NCBI GenBank assembly: GCA_025594325.1
Contig: JANHCV010000017.1
Span: forward strand, 372,001 to 436,000
Reading direction: 5' to 3'
Source of the DNA: Blastocladiella emersonii ATCC 22665
Lineage: Eukaryota > Fungi > Blastocladiomycota
DNA length: 64,000 bases
A program made the position numbers and the translations under genes. Positions 37,596-52,340 of this stretch are shown piece after piece; position 1 is the first letter of the stretch; each line of letters begins with the position of its first letter. The notes beneath the pieces were generated by a model, which saw nothing but the letters and a program-made list of their open reading frames with translations, had not been told where the DNA came from and searched no databases.

Positions 37596-40542
37596 CAAAG
37601 TCCACGGTCCAATCAACGAGGTAAACAGCGAACTTGTCAAACTGCCAACCTGCCAACCAAACACCCACGCCGCTTCTCAAGCCACGGTGGGCCCGCGCAT
37701 TTGCGTTGCCGTCCCAGCCAACGAAGGAATGACTGATGAGCCCTGGTAGCCTGCTAGACTGACAGCCTGACAGCGCCCGCTCAGTTGCTATTATCTATCT
37801 CGTAGGTAGTCTGGGAGGAGTTCGTTAGTCGATACGCGACCAGTCTCCTCCTGGCTGCCCGCTCTGCTGCCATCTCCAAGGCCCGCATGAAGATGGGCCA
37901 GGGAGGTTTACGAGCATTTCCTATCTCTCCTCTCTCCGTGTGAAACCATTCACCCGCGGACGGATGCGCACCACGCACCGTGCACCGCGCACCGCGCACC
38001 GCGCACCGCGCACCGTGCACCGCGCACCGCGCACCGCGCACAGCGCACCGCGGACAGCGCCCGATGCACCACACGCTGCGCACACGGCGCCAACGGCCAC
38101 GCTGGTGTCACGCACACACACTCGCATGAACGGCAAGCAGGCAAGGCTTCCTCAACTCAACCATGATCCATCGTCCATGTCTGCTCGCTCCAACGGGTGC
38201 GCCTGCCTACCCTCCCAGTGCCATCGATTGATTGATTCATGTCCAGTGCTGCCCATGCTTTCATGGCCGCGGGGTCCGTCAGAACGCCTTGCAATGCGTG
38301 CGCCTGCATGCACCTGCACTGCAGAGCGCTGCAGAGGGCTGCACAGCGCTGCGGAGGGCTGCAGAGGGCTAAGGCGGCAGGGCTTCTCCTCCTGCAGGGG
38401 ACAGTACCAAGGCCAAGGAGTGCTAGTGACTACTAACGGAATGGTGATTGGCCCCCTTCACACGCTCCTGGCAGGACTGCGTGTGGGCGTGCGGGCGTTT
38501 GTGCGTGCGTGCCTTGATTCGTCCACCATCATACGCGCAAAGTGACCAAGTGACCAAGTGACCAAGTGACCAAGTGACCAAGTGACCAAGGTGACCAAGG
38601 TGACCAAGGTGACCAAGGTGACCAAGGTGACCAAGTGACACACAAGCACCAAGCTAGGGTGGCCGGGCGGCCATGGAACGTACTGCATGGGAACCATTAC
38701 CGTGGACTGGCCGCGGCCATTTATCGCAGCACAGCCCTGCCTGGCTCAGGACGCGGCGGGCGTGGGAGGCAGGCAGGGTAGATCGGTAGCAGCAGCAGGA
38801 CCTGGCTAGCTGGCTGTCAAACAACACAAGTGAAGGGGTGCGTGAGGGAGGGTGTGTTGAATGAATGGATGGGTGGATGCAGGCAGAGAGAGACCTTCGT
38901 ACGTGTCGTGGGTGATGAGGATTGGTTGGCCACCATCCACCAACGCCATGGCATGGCTGCGGGTGTCGCTGCGTGCGCCTTGGCGGGTGGTGTTGGTGGG
39001 TGGGTGGTCTTGGTGGGTGCTGTGGTGGTAGTGGAGCTAGAGTGGTGCCGTGGGGCTCTTGGGGTCCCCTTTCCTTCCTGTCTGGCCTAGGTGGGTCGGC
39101 GGACGCAGCGCGCATGCGGGCAAGGTAACAACATTGCTCACGCAATGGATCATGTATTTTATGGCAAGTAGTCTGCGAAGCAGAGACGGGGATGTCCGGC
39201 CCAATCGGACCCTCCACGGATCACAATATGCACGCAATGAATTGACTGATGATAGGGATGTACCAAACCAGCAACGTAGACAATTGTCGTGGTTGTCGAA
39301 CAAAACCATATTCAAATCTTTGGCAACGCGCCTGTCCAGCTAGCCAGGGACCCATGAATCACAGTATCGACCCAACAAGATATTAGACCATGGTAATATA
39401 GTAAACCAACCTCGTACATAATTGTCATGGTACTCAAACAAAACCATATTCAAGTCTTTGCTTTCCCGCATATCCAGCTGGCCAGGGACCCATAAATCAC
39501 AGTATCGAACGAACAAGATATCTTACCATGGAAATATAGTTAACCAGCCACGCGGACAATTGTCATGGTACTCAATCGAGACCACATTCAAGTCTTTGCT
39601 CTCCCGCATGTCAAGCTGGTTGAAGGCCCATTAATCACAGTATCGACCCAACAAGATATTTGACCATGGAAACATAGTAAACCAGCCACGCGGATAATTG
39701 TCATGGTACTCAATCAAAACCATATTCATATTTTTGCTTCCCCGCATGTCAAGCTGGTTGAAGACCCATTAATCACAGTATCGAACCAACAAAATATCTG
39801 ACCATGGAAATATAGTTAACCAGCCACGCGGACAATTGTCATGGTACTCAATCGAAACCACATTCAAGTCTTTGCTCTCCCGCATGTCAAGCTGGTTGAA
39901 GGCCCATAAATCACAGTATCGACCCAACAAGATATTTGACCATGGAAATATAGTAAACCAGCCACGCGGATAATTGTCATGGTACTCAATCAAAACCATA
40001 TTCAAGTCTTTGCTTTCCCGCACGTCCAGCTGGTTGAAGGCCCATAAATCACAGTATCGACCCAACAAAGTATCTGACAACCGAAATATAGCAGACAATC
40101 CACGCAGACAATTGTCATGCCACCTAATCAAAACCATATTCAAGTCTTTGCTTTCCCACATGTCAAGCTGGTTGAAGGCCCATAAATCACAGTATCGAAC
40201 CAACGAAATATCTGACCATGGAAATATAGTAAAGCAGCCACGCAGATAATTGTCATGGTACTTAATCAAAACCATATTCATATTTTTGCTTCCCCGCATG
40301 TCAAGCTGGTTGAAGGCCCATAAATCACAGTATCGAACGAACAAGATATCTTACCATGGAAATATAGTTAACCAGCCACGCAAATGATTGTCATGCCACT
40401 TAATCAAAACCATACTCAAATGGTCGATTACCCTCACGTCCAAGCGGCCAAGGACCCAAACCGCCAGATACCCAAATCTACGACCACGTTGCGCACACTC
40501 CACTAGCCAACTCTTCGATCCCCTAATTATGGAGCCCGTCGT
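37596..40542. repeat. Unit U14 (2947 bp)
   Basis: Same type as U13. Confidence 0.97.
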
Positions 40543-43503
40543 CAAAGTCCACGGTCCAATCAACGAGGTAAACAGCGAACTTGTCAAACTGCCAACCTGC
40601 CAACCAAACACCCACGCCGCTTCTCAAGCCACGGTGGGCCCGCGCATTTGCGTTGCCGTCCCAGCCAACGAAGGAATGACTGATGAGCCCTGGTAGCCTG
40701 CTAGACTGACAGCCTGACAGCGCCCGCTCAGTTGCTATTATCTATCTCGTAGGTAGTCTGGGAGGAGTTCGTTAGTCGATACGCGACCAGTCTCCTCCTG
40801 GCTGCCCGCTCTGCTGCCATCTCCAAGGCCCGCATGAAGATGGGCCAGGGAGGTTTACGAGCATTTCCTATCTCTCCTCTCTCCGTGTGAAACCATTCAC
40901 CCGCGGACGGATGCGCACCACGCACCGTGCACCGCGCACCGCGCACCGCGCACCGCGCACCGTGCACCGCGCACCGCGCACCGCGCACAGCGCACCGCGG
41001 ACAGCGCACCGCGGACAGCGCCCGATGCACCACACGCTGCGCACACGGCGCCAACGGCCACGCTGGTGTCACGCACACACACTCGCATGAACGGCAAGCA
41101 GGCAAGGCTTCCTCAACTCAACCATGATCCATCGTCCATGTCTGCTCGCTCCAACGGGTGCGCCTGCCTACCCTCCCAGTGCCATCGATTGATTGATTCA
41201 TGTCCAGTGCTGCCCATGCTTTCATGGCCGCGGGGTCCGTCAGAACGCCTTGCAATGCGTGCGCCTGCATGCACCTGCACTGCAGAGCGCTGCAGAGGGC
41301 TGCACAGCGCTGCGGAGGGCTGCAGAGGGCTAAGGCGGCAGGGCTTCTCCTCCTGCAGGGGACAGTACCAAGGCCAAGGAGTGCTAGTGACTACTAACGG
41401 AATGGTGATTGGCCCCCTTCACACGCTCCTGGCAGGACTGCGTGTGGGCGTGCGGGCGTTTGTGCGTGCGTGCCTTGATTCGTCCACCATCATACGCGCA
41501 AAGTGACCAAGTGACCAAGTGACCAAGTGACCAAGTGACCAAGTGACCAAGGTGACCAAGGTGACCAAGGTGACCAAGGTGACCAAGGTGACCAAGTGAC
41601 ACACAAGCACCAAGCTAGGGTGGCCGGGCGGCCATGGAACGTACTGCATGGGAACCATTACCGTGGACTGGCCGCGGCCATTTATCGCAGCACAGCCCTG
41701 CCTGGCTCAGGACGCGGCGGGCGTGGGAGGCAGGCAGGGTAGATCGGTAGCAGCAGCAGGACCTGGCTAGCTGGCTGTCAAACAACACAAGTGAAGGGGT
41801 GCGTGAGGGAGGGTGTGTTGAATGAATGGATGGGTGGATGCAGGCAGAGAGAGACCTTCGTACGTGTCGTGGGTGATGAGGATTGGTTGGCCACCATCCA
41901 CCAACGCCATGGCATGGCTGCGGGTGTCGCTGCGTGCGCCTTGGCGGGTGGTGTTGGTGGGTGGGTGGTCTTGGTGGGTGCTGTGGTGGTAGTGGAGCTA
42001 GAGTGGTGCCGTGGGGCTCTTGGGGTCCCCTTTCCTTCCTGTCTGGCCTAGGTGGGTCGGCGGACGCAGCGCGCATGCGGGCAAGGTAACAACATTGCTC
42101 ACGCAATGGATCATGTATTTTATGGCAAGTAGTCTGCGAAGCAGAGACGGGGATGTCCGGCCCAATCGGACCCTCCACGGATCACAATATGCACGCAATG
42201 AATTGACTGATGATAGGGATGTACCAAACCAGCAACGTAGACAATTGTCGTGGTTGTCGAACAAAACCATATTCAAATCTTTGGCAACGCGCCTGTCCAG
42301 CTAGCCAGGGACCCATGAATCACAGTATCGACCCAACAAGATATTAGACCATGGTAATATAGTAAACCAACCTCGTACATAATTGTCATGGTACTCAAAC
42401 AAAACCATATTCAAGTCTTTGCTTTCCCGCATATCCAGCTGGCCAGGGACCCATAAATCACAGTATCGAACGAACAAGATATCTTACCATGGAAATATAG
42501 TTAACCAGCCACGCGGACAATTGTCATGGTACTCAATCGAGACCACATTCAAGTCTTTGCTCTCCCGCATGTCAAGCTGGTTGAAGGCCCATTAATCACA
42601 GTATCGACCCAACAAGATATTTGACCATGGAAACATAGTAAACCAGCCACGCGGATAATTGTCATGGTACTCAATCAAAACCATATTCATATTTTTGCTT
42701 CCCCGCATGTCAAGCTGGTTGAAGACCCATTAATCACAGTATCGAACCAACAAAATATCTGACCATGGAAATATAGTTAACCAGCCACGCGGACAATTGT
42801 CATGGTACTCAATCGAAACCACATTCAAGTCTTTGCTCTCCCGCATGTCAAGCTGGTTGAAGGCCCATAAATCACAGTATCGACCCAACAAGATATTTGA
42901 CCATGGAAATATAGTAAACCAGCCACGCGGATAATTGTCATGGTACTCAATCAAAACCATATTCAAGTCTTTGCTTTCCCGCACGTCCAGCTGGTTGAAG
43001 GCCCATAAATCACAGTATCGACCCAACAAAGTATCTGACAACCGAAATATAGCAGACAATCCACGCAGACAATTGTCATGCCACCTAATCAAAACCATAT
43101 TCAAGTCTTTGCTTTCCCACATGTCAAGCTGGTTGAAGGCCCATAAATCACAGTATCGAACCAACGAAATATCTGACCATGGAAATATAGTAAAGCAGCC
43201 ACGCAGATAATTGTCATGGTACTTAATCAAAACCATATTCATATTTTTGCTTCCCCGCATGTCAAGCTGGTTGAAGGCCCATAAATCACAGTATCGAACG
43301 AACAAGATATCTTACCATGGAAATATAGTTAACCAGCCACGCAAATGATTGTCATGCCACTTAATCAAAACCATACTCAAATGGTCGATTACCCTCACGT
43401 CCAAGCGGCCAAGGACCCAAACCGCCAGATACCCAAATCTACGACCACGTTGCGCACACTCCACTAGCCAACTCTTCGATCCCCTAATTATGGAGCCCGT
43501 CGT
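40543..43503. repeat. Unit U15 (2961 bp)
   Basis: 7-mer x17, 8-mer x5; 1692-equivalent=A; 2236-equivalent=T. Confidence 0.97.
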
Positions 43504-46450
43504 CAAAGTCCACGGTCCAATCAACGAGGTAAACAGCGAACTTGTCAAACTGCCAACCTGCCAACCAAACACCCACGCCGCTTCTCAAGCCACGGTGGGC
43601 CCGCGCATTTGCGTTGCCGTCCCAGCCAACGAAGGAATGACTGATGAGCCCTGGTAGCCTGCTAGACTGACAGCCTGACAGCGCCCGCTCAGTTGCTATT
43701 ATCTATCTCGTAGGTAGTCTGGGAGGAGTTCGTTAGTCGATACGCGACCAGTCTCCTCCTGGCTGCCCGCTCTGCTGCCATCTCCAAGGCCCGCATGAAG
43801 ATGGGCCAGGGAGGTTTACGAGCATTTCCTATCTCTCCTCTCTCCGTGTGAAACCATTCACCCGCGGACGGATGCGCACCACGCACCGTGCACCGCGCAC
43901 CGCGCACCGCGCACCGCGCACCGTGCACCGCGCACCGCGCACCGCGCACAGCGCACCGCGGACAGCGCCCGATGCACCACACGCTGCGCACACGGCGCCA
44001 ACGGCCACGCTGGTGTCACGCACACACACTCGCATGAACGGCAAGCAGGCAAGGCTTCCTCAACTCAACCATGATCCATCGTCCATGTCTGCTCGCTCCA
44101 ACGGGTGCGCCTGCCTACCCTCCCAGTGCCATCGATTGATTGATTCATGTCCAGTGCTGCCCATGCTTTCATGGCCGCGGGGTCCGTCAGAACGCCTTGC
44201 AATGCGTGCGCCTGCATGCACCTGCACTGCAGAGCGCTGCAGAGGGCTGCACAGCGCTGCGGAGGGCTGCAGAGGGCTAAGGCGGCAGGGCTTCTCCTCC
44301 TGCAGGGGACAGTACCAAGGCCAAGGAGTGCTAGTGACTACTAACGGAATGGTGATTGGCCCCCTTCACACGCTCCTGGCAGGACTGCGTGTGGGCGTGC
44401 GGGCGTTTGTGCGTGCGTGCCTTGATTCGTCCACCATCATACGCGCAAAGTGACCAAGTGACCAAGTGACCAAGTGACCAAGTGACCAAGTGACCAAGGT
44501 GACCAAGGTGACCAAGGTGACCAAGGTGACCAAGGTGACCAAGTGACACACAAGCACCAAGCTAGGGTGGCCGGGCGGCCATGGAACGTACTGCATGGGA
44601 ACCATTACCGTGGACTGGCCGCGGCCATTTATCGCAGCACAGCCCTGCCTGGCTCAGGACGCGGCGGGCGTGGGAGGCAGGCAGGGTAGATCGGTAGCAG
44701 CAGCAGGACCTGGCTAGCTGGCTGTCAAACAACACAAGTGAAGGGGTGCGTGAGGGAGGGTGTGTTGAATGAATGGATGGGTGGATGCAGGCAGAGAGAG
44801 ACCTTCGTACGTGTCGTGGGTGATGAGGATTGGTTGGCCACCATCCACCAACGCCATGGCATGGCTGCGGGTGTCGCTGCGTGCGCCTTGGCGGGTGGTG
44901 TTGGTGGGTGGGTGGTCTTGGTGGGTGCTGTGGTGGTAGTGGAGCTAGAGTGGTGCCGTGGGGCTCTTGGGGTCCCCTTTCCTTCCTGTCTGGCCTAGGT
45001 GGGTCGGCGGACGCAGCGCGCATGCGGGCAAGGTAACAACATTGCTCACGCAATGGATCATGTATTTTATGGCAAGTAGTCTGCGAAGCAGAGACGGGGA
45101 TGTCCGGCCCAATCGGACCCTCCACGGATCACAATATGCACGCAATGAATTGACTGATGATAGGGATGTACCAAACCAGCAACGTAGACAATTGTCGTGG
45201 TTGTCGAACAAAACCATATTCAAATCTTTGGCAACGCGCCTGTCCAGCTAGCCAGGGACCCATGAATCACAGTATCGACCCAACAAGATATTAGACCATG
45301 GTAATATAGTAAACCAACCTCGTACATAATTGTCATGGTACTCAAACAAAACCATATTCAAGTCTTTGCTTTCCCGCATATCCAGCTGGCCAGGGACCCA
45401 TAAATCACAGTATCGAACGAACAAGATATCTTACCATGGAAATATAGTTAACCAGCCACGCGGACAATTGTCATGGTACTCAATCGAGACCACATTCAAG
45501 TCTTTGCTCTCCCGCATGTCAAGCTGGTTGAAGGCCCATTAATCACAGTATCGACCCAACAAGATATTTGACCATGGAAACATAGTAAACCAGCCACGCG
45601 GATAATTGTCATGGTACTCAATCAAAACCATATTCATATTTTTGCTTCCCCGCATGTCAAGCTGGTTGAAGACCCATTAATCACAGTATCGAACCAACAA
45701 AATATCTGACCATGGAAATATAGTTAACCAGCCACGCGGACAATTGTCATGGTACTCAATCGAAACCACATTCAAGTCTTTGCTCTCCCGCATGTCAAGC
45801 TGGTTGAAGGCCCATAAATCACAGTATCGACCCAACAAGATATTTGACCATGGAAATATAGTAAACCAGCCACGCGGATAATTGTCATGGTACTCAATCA
45901 AAACCATATTCAAGTCTTTGCTTTCCCGCACGTCCAGCTGGTTGAAGGCCCATAAATCACAGTATCGACCCAACAAAGTATCTGACAACCGAAATATAGC
46001 AGACAATCCACGCAGACAATTGTCATGCCACCTAATCAAAACCATATTCAAGTCTTTGCTTTCCCACATGTCAAGCTGGTTGAAGGCCCATAAATCACAG
46101 TATCGAACCAACGAAATATCTGACCATGGAAATATAGTAAAGCAGCCACGCAGATAATTGTCATGGTACTTAATCAAAACCATATTCATATTTTTGCTTC
46201 CCCGCATGTCAAGCTGGTTGAAGGCCCATAAATCACAGTATCGAACGAACAAGATATCTTACCATGGAAATATAGTTAACCAGCCACGCAAATGATTGTC
46301 ATGCCACTTAATCAAAACCATACTCAAATGGTCGATTACCCTCACGTCCAAGCGGCCAAGGACCCAAACCGCCAGATACCCAAATCTACGACCACGTTGC
46401 GCACACTCCACTAGCCAACTCTTCGATCCCCTAATTATGGAGCCCGTCGT
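43504..46450. repeat. Unit U16 (2947 bp)
   Basis: Same type as U13 and U14. Confidence 0.97.
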
Positions 46451-49395
46451 CAAAGTCCACGGTCCAATCAACGAGGTAAACAGCGAACTTGTCAAACTGC
46501 CAACCTGCCAACCAAACACCCACGCCGCTTCTCAAGCCACGGTGGGCCCGCGCATTTGCGTTGCCGTCCCAGCCAACGAAGGAATGACTGATGAGCCCTG
46601 GTAGCCTGCTAGACTGACAGCCTGACAGCGCCCGCTCAGTTGCTATTATCTATCTCGTAGGTAGTCTGGGAGGAGTTCGTTAGTCGATACGCGACCAGTC
46701 TCCTCCTGGCTGCCCGCTCTGCTGCCATCTCCAAGGCCCGCATGAAGATGGGCCAGGGAGGTTTACGAGCATTTCCTATCTCTCCTCTCTCCGTGTGAAA
46801 CCATTCACCCGCGGACGGATGCGCACCACGCACCGTGCACCGCGCACCGCGCACCGCGCACCGCGCACCGTGCACCGCGCACCGCGCACCGCGCACAGCG
46901 CACCGCGGACAGCGCACCGCGGACAGCGCCCGATGCACCACACGCTGCGCACACGGCGCCAACGGCCACGCTGGTGTCACGCACACACACTCGCATGAAC
47001 GGCAAGCAGGCAAGGCTTCCTCAACTCAACCATGATCCATCGTCCATGTCTGCTCGCTCCAACGGGTGCGCCTGCCTACCCTCCCAGTGCCATCGATTGA
47101 TTGATTCATGTCCAGTGCTGCCCATGCTTTCATGGCCGCGGGGTCCGTCAGAACGCCTTGCAATGCGTGCGCCTGCATGCACCTGCACTGCAGAGCGCTG
47201 CAGAGGGCTGCACAGCGCTGCGGAGGGCTGCAGAGGGCTAAGGCGGCAGGGCTTCTCCTCCTGCAGGGGACAGTACCAAGGCCAAGGAGTGCTAGTGACT
47301 ACTAACGGAATGGTGATTGGCCCCCTTCACACGCTCCTGGCAGGACTGCGTGTGGGCGTGCGGGCGTTTGTGCGTGCGTGCCTTGATTCGTCCACCATCA
47401 TACGCGCAAAGTGACCAAGTGACCAAGTGACCAAGTGACCAAGGTGACCAAGGTGACCAAGGTGACCAAGGTGACCAAGGTGACCAAGTGACACACAAGC
47501 ACCAAGCTAGGGTGGCCGGGCGGCCATGGAACGTACTGCATGGGAACCATTACCGTGGACTGGCCGCGGCCATTTATCGCAGCACAGCCCTGCCTGGCTC
47601 AGGACGCGGCGGGCGTGGGAGGCAGGCAGGGTAGATCGGTAGCAGCAGCAGGACCTGGCTAGCTGGCTGTCAAACAACACAAGTGAAGGGGTGCGTGAGG
47701 GAGGGTGTGTTGAATGAATGGATGGGTGGATGCAGGCAGAGAGAGACCTTCGTACGTGTCGTGGGTGATGAGGATTGGTTGGCCACCATCCACCAACGCC
47801 ATGGCATGGCTGCGGGTGTCGCTGCGTGCGCCTTGGCGGGTGGTGTTGGTGGGTGGGTGGTCTTGGTGGGTGCTGTGGTGGTAGTGGAGCTAGAGTGGTG
47901 CCGTGGGGCTCTTGGGGTCCCCTTTCCTTCCTGTCTGGCCTAGGTGGGTCGGCGGACGCAGCGCGCATGCGGGCAAGGTAACAACATTGCTCACGCAATG
48001 GATCATGTATTTTATGGCAAGTAGTCTGCGAAGCAGAGACGGGGATGTCCGGCCCAATCGGACCCTCCACGGATCACAATATGCACGCAATGAATTGACT
48101 GATGATAGGGATGTACCAAACCAGCCACGTAGACAATTGTCGTGGTTGTCGAACAAAACCATATTCAAATCTTTGGCAACGCGCCTGTCCAGCTAGCCAG
48201 GGACCCATGAATCACAGTATCGACCCAACAAGATATTAGACCATGGTAATATAGTAAACCAACCTCGTACATAATTGTCATGGTACTCAAACAAAACCAT
48301 ATTCAAGTCTTTGCTTTCCCGCATATCCAGCTGGCCAGGGACCCATAAATCACAGTATCGAACGAACAAGATATCTTACCATGGAAATATAGTTAACCAG
48401 CCACGCGGACAATTGTCATGGTACTCAATCGAGACCACATTCAAGTCTTTGCTCTCCCGCATGTCAAGCTGGTTGAAGGCCCATTAATCACAGTATCGAC
48501 CCAACAAGATATTTGACCATGGAAACATAGTAAACCAGCCACGCGGATAATTGTCATGGTACTCAATCAAAACCATATTCATATTTTTGCTTCCCCGCAT
48601 GTCAAGCTGGTTGAAGACCCATTAATCACAGTATCGAACCAACAAAATATCTGACCATGGAAATATAGTTAACCAGCCACGCGGACAATTGTCATGGTAC
48701 TCAATCGAAACCACATTCAAGTCTTTGCTCTCCCGCATGTCAAGCTGGTTGAAGGCCCATAAATCACAGTATCGACCCAACAAGATATTTGACCATGGAA
48801 ATATAGTAAACCAGCCACGCGGATAATTGTCATGGTACTCAATCAAAACCATATTCAAGTCTTTGCTTTCCCGCACGTCCAGCTGGTTGAAGGCCCATAA
48901 ATCACAGTATCGACCCAACAAAGTATCTGACAACCGAAATATAGCAGACAATCCACGCAGACAATTGTCATGCCACCTAATCAAAACCATATTCAAGTCT
49001 TTGCTTTCCCACATGTCAAGCTGGTTGAAGGCCCATAAATCACAGTATCGAACCAACGAAATATCTGACCATGGAAATATAGTAAAGCAGCCACGCAGAT
49101 AATTGTCATGGTACTTAATCAAAACCATATTCATATTTTTGCTTCCCCGCATGTCAAGCTGGTTGAAGGCCCATAAATCACAGTATCGAACGAACAAGAT
49201 ATCTTACCATGGAAATATAGTTAACCAGCCACGCAAATGATTGTCATGCCACTTAATCAAAACCATACTCAAATGGTCGATTACCCTCACGTCCAAGCGG
49301 CCAAGGACCCAAACCGCCAGATACCCAAATCTACGACCACGTTGCGCACACTCCACTAGCCAACTCTTCGATCCCCTAATTATGGAGCCCGTCGT
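46451..49395. repeat. Unit U17 (2945 bp)
   Basis: 7-mer x17, 8-mer x3; 1692-equivalent=C; 2236-equivalent=T. Confidence 0.97.
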
Positions 49396-52340
49396 CAAAG
49401 TCCACGGTCCAATCAACGAGGTAAACAGCGAACTTGTCAAACTGCCAACCTGCCAACCAAACACCCACGCCGCTTCTCAAGCCACGGTGGGCCCGCGCAT
49501 TTGCGTTGCCGTCCCAGCCAACGAAGGAATGACTGATGAGCCCTGGTAGCCTGCTAGACTGACAGCCTGACAGCGCCCGCTCAGTTGCTATTATCTATCT
49601 CGTAGGTAGTCTGGGAGGAGTTCGTTAGTCGATACGCGACCAGTCTCCTCCTGGCTGCCCGCTCTGCTGCCATCTCCAAGGCCCGCATGAAGATGGGCCA
49701 GGGAGGTTTACGAGCATTTCCTATCTCTCCTCTCTCCGTGTGAAACCATTCACCCGCGGACGGATGCGCACCACGCACCGTGCACCGCGCACCGCGCACC
49801 GCGCACCGCGCACCGTGCACCGCGCACCGCGCACCGCGCACAGCGCACCGCGGACAGCGCACCGCGGACAGCGCCCGATGCACCACACGCTGCGCACACG
49901 GCGCCAACGGCCACGCTGGTGTCACGCACACACACTCGCATGAACGGCAAGCAGGCAAGGCTTCCTCAACTCAACCATGATCCATCGTCCATGTCTGCTC
50001 GCTCCAACGGGTGCGCCTGCCTACCCTCCCAGTGCCATCGATTGATTGATTCATGTCCAGTGCTGCCCATGCTTTCATGGCCGCGGGGTCCGTCAGAACG
50101 CCTTGCAATGCGTGCGCCTGCATGCACCTGCACTGCAGAGCGCTGCAGAGGGCTGCACAGCGCTGCGGAGGGCTGCAGAGGGCTAAGGCGGCAGGGCTTC
50201 TCCTCCTGCAGGGGACAGTACCAAGGCCAAGGAGTGCTAGTGACTACTAACGGAATGGTGATTGGCCCCCTTCACACGCTCCTGGCAGGACTGCGTGTGG
50301 GCGTGCGGGCGTTTGTGCGTGCGTGCCTTGATTCGTCCACCATCATACGCGCAAAGTGACCAAGTGACCAAGTGACCAAGTGACCAAGGTGACCAAGGTG
50401 ACCAAGGTGACCAAGGTGACCAAGGTGACCAAGTGACACACAAGCACCAAGCTAGGGTGGCCGGGCGGCCATGGAACGTACTGCATGGGAACCATTACCG
50501 TGGACTGGCCGCGGCCATTTATCGCAGCACAGCCCTGCCTGGCTCAGGACGCGGCGGGCGTGGGAGGCAGGCAGGGTAGATCGGTAGCAGCAGCAGGACC
50601 TGGCTAGCTGGCTGTCAAACAACACAAGTGAAGGGGTGCGTGAGGGAGGGTGTGTTGAATGAATGGATGGGTGGATGCAGGCAGAGAGAGACCTTCGTAC
50701 GTGTCGTGGGTGATGAGGATTGGTTGGCCACCATCCACCAACGCCATGGCATGGCTGCGGGTGTCGCTGCGTGCGCCTTGGCGGGTGGTGTTGGTGGGTG
50801 GGTGGTCTTGGTGGGTGCTGTGGTGGTAGTGGAGCTAGAGTGGTGCCGTGGGGCTCTTGGGGTCCCCTTTCCTTCCTGTCTGGCCTAGGTGGGTCGGCGG
50901 ACGCAGCGCGCATGCGGGCAAGGTAACAACATTGCTCACGCAATGGATCATGTATTTTATGGCAAGTAGTCTGCGAAGCAGAGACGGGGATGTCCGGCCC
51001 AATCGGACCCTCCACGGATCACAATATGCACGCAATGAATTGACTGATGATAGGGATGTACCAAACCAGCCACGTAGACAATTGTCGTGGTTGTCGAACA
51101 AAACCATATTCAAATCTTTGGCAACGCGCCTGTCCAGCTAGCCAGGGACCCATGAATCACAGTATCGACCCAACAAGATATTAGACCATGGTAATATAGT
51201 AAACCAACCTCGTACATAATTGTCATGGTACTCAAACAAAACCATATTCAAGTCTTTGCTTTCCCGCATATCCAGCTGGCCAGGGACCCATAAATCACAG
51301 TATCGAACGAACAAGATATCTTACCATGGAAATATAGTTAACCAGCCACGCGGACAATTGTCATGGTACTCAATCGAGACCACATTCAAGTCTTTGCTCT
51401 CCCGCATGTCAAGCTGGTTGAAGGCCCATTAATCACAGTATCGACCCAACAAGATATTTGACCATGGAAACATAGTAAACCAGCCACGCGGATAATTGTC
51501 ATGGTACTCAATCAAAACCATATTCATATTTTTGCTTCCCCGCATGTCAAGCTGGTTGAAGACCCATTAATCACAGTATCGAACCAACAAAATATCTGAC
51601 CATGGAAATATAGTTAACCAGCCACGCGGACAATTGTCATGGTACTCAATCGAAACCACATTCAAGTCTTTGCTCTCCCGCATGTCAAGCTGGTTGAAGG
51701 CCCATAAATCACAGTATCGACCCAACAAGATATTTGACCATGGAAATATAGTAAACCAGCCACGCGGATAATTGTCATGGTACTCAATCAAAACCATATT
51801 CAAGTCTTTGCTTTCCCGCACGTCCAGCTGGTTGAAGGCCCATAAATCACAGTATCGACCCAACAAAGTATCTGACAACCGAAATATAGCAGACAATCCA
51901 CGCAGACAATTGTCATGCCACCTAATCAAAACCATATTCAAGTCTTTGCTTTCCCACATGTCAAGCTGGTTGAAGGCCCATAAATCACAGTATCGAACCA
52001 ACGAAATATCTGACCATGGAAATATAGTAAAGCAGCCACGCAGATAATTGTCATGGTACTTAATCAAAACCATATTCATATTTTTGCTTCCCCGCATGTC
52101 AAGCTGGTTGAAGGCCCATAAATCACAGTATCGAACGAACAAGATATCTTACCATGGAAATATAGTTAACCAGCCACGCAAATGATTGTCATGCCACTTA
52201 ATCAAAACCATACTCAAATGGTCGATTACCCTCACGTCCAAGCGGCCAAGGACCCAAACCGCCAGATACCCAAATCTACGACCACGTTGCGCACACTCCA
52301 CTAGCCAACTCTTCGATCCCCTAATTATGGAGCCCGTCGT
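49396..52340. repeat. Unit U18 (2945 bp)
   Basis: Same type as U17. Confidence 0.97.
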
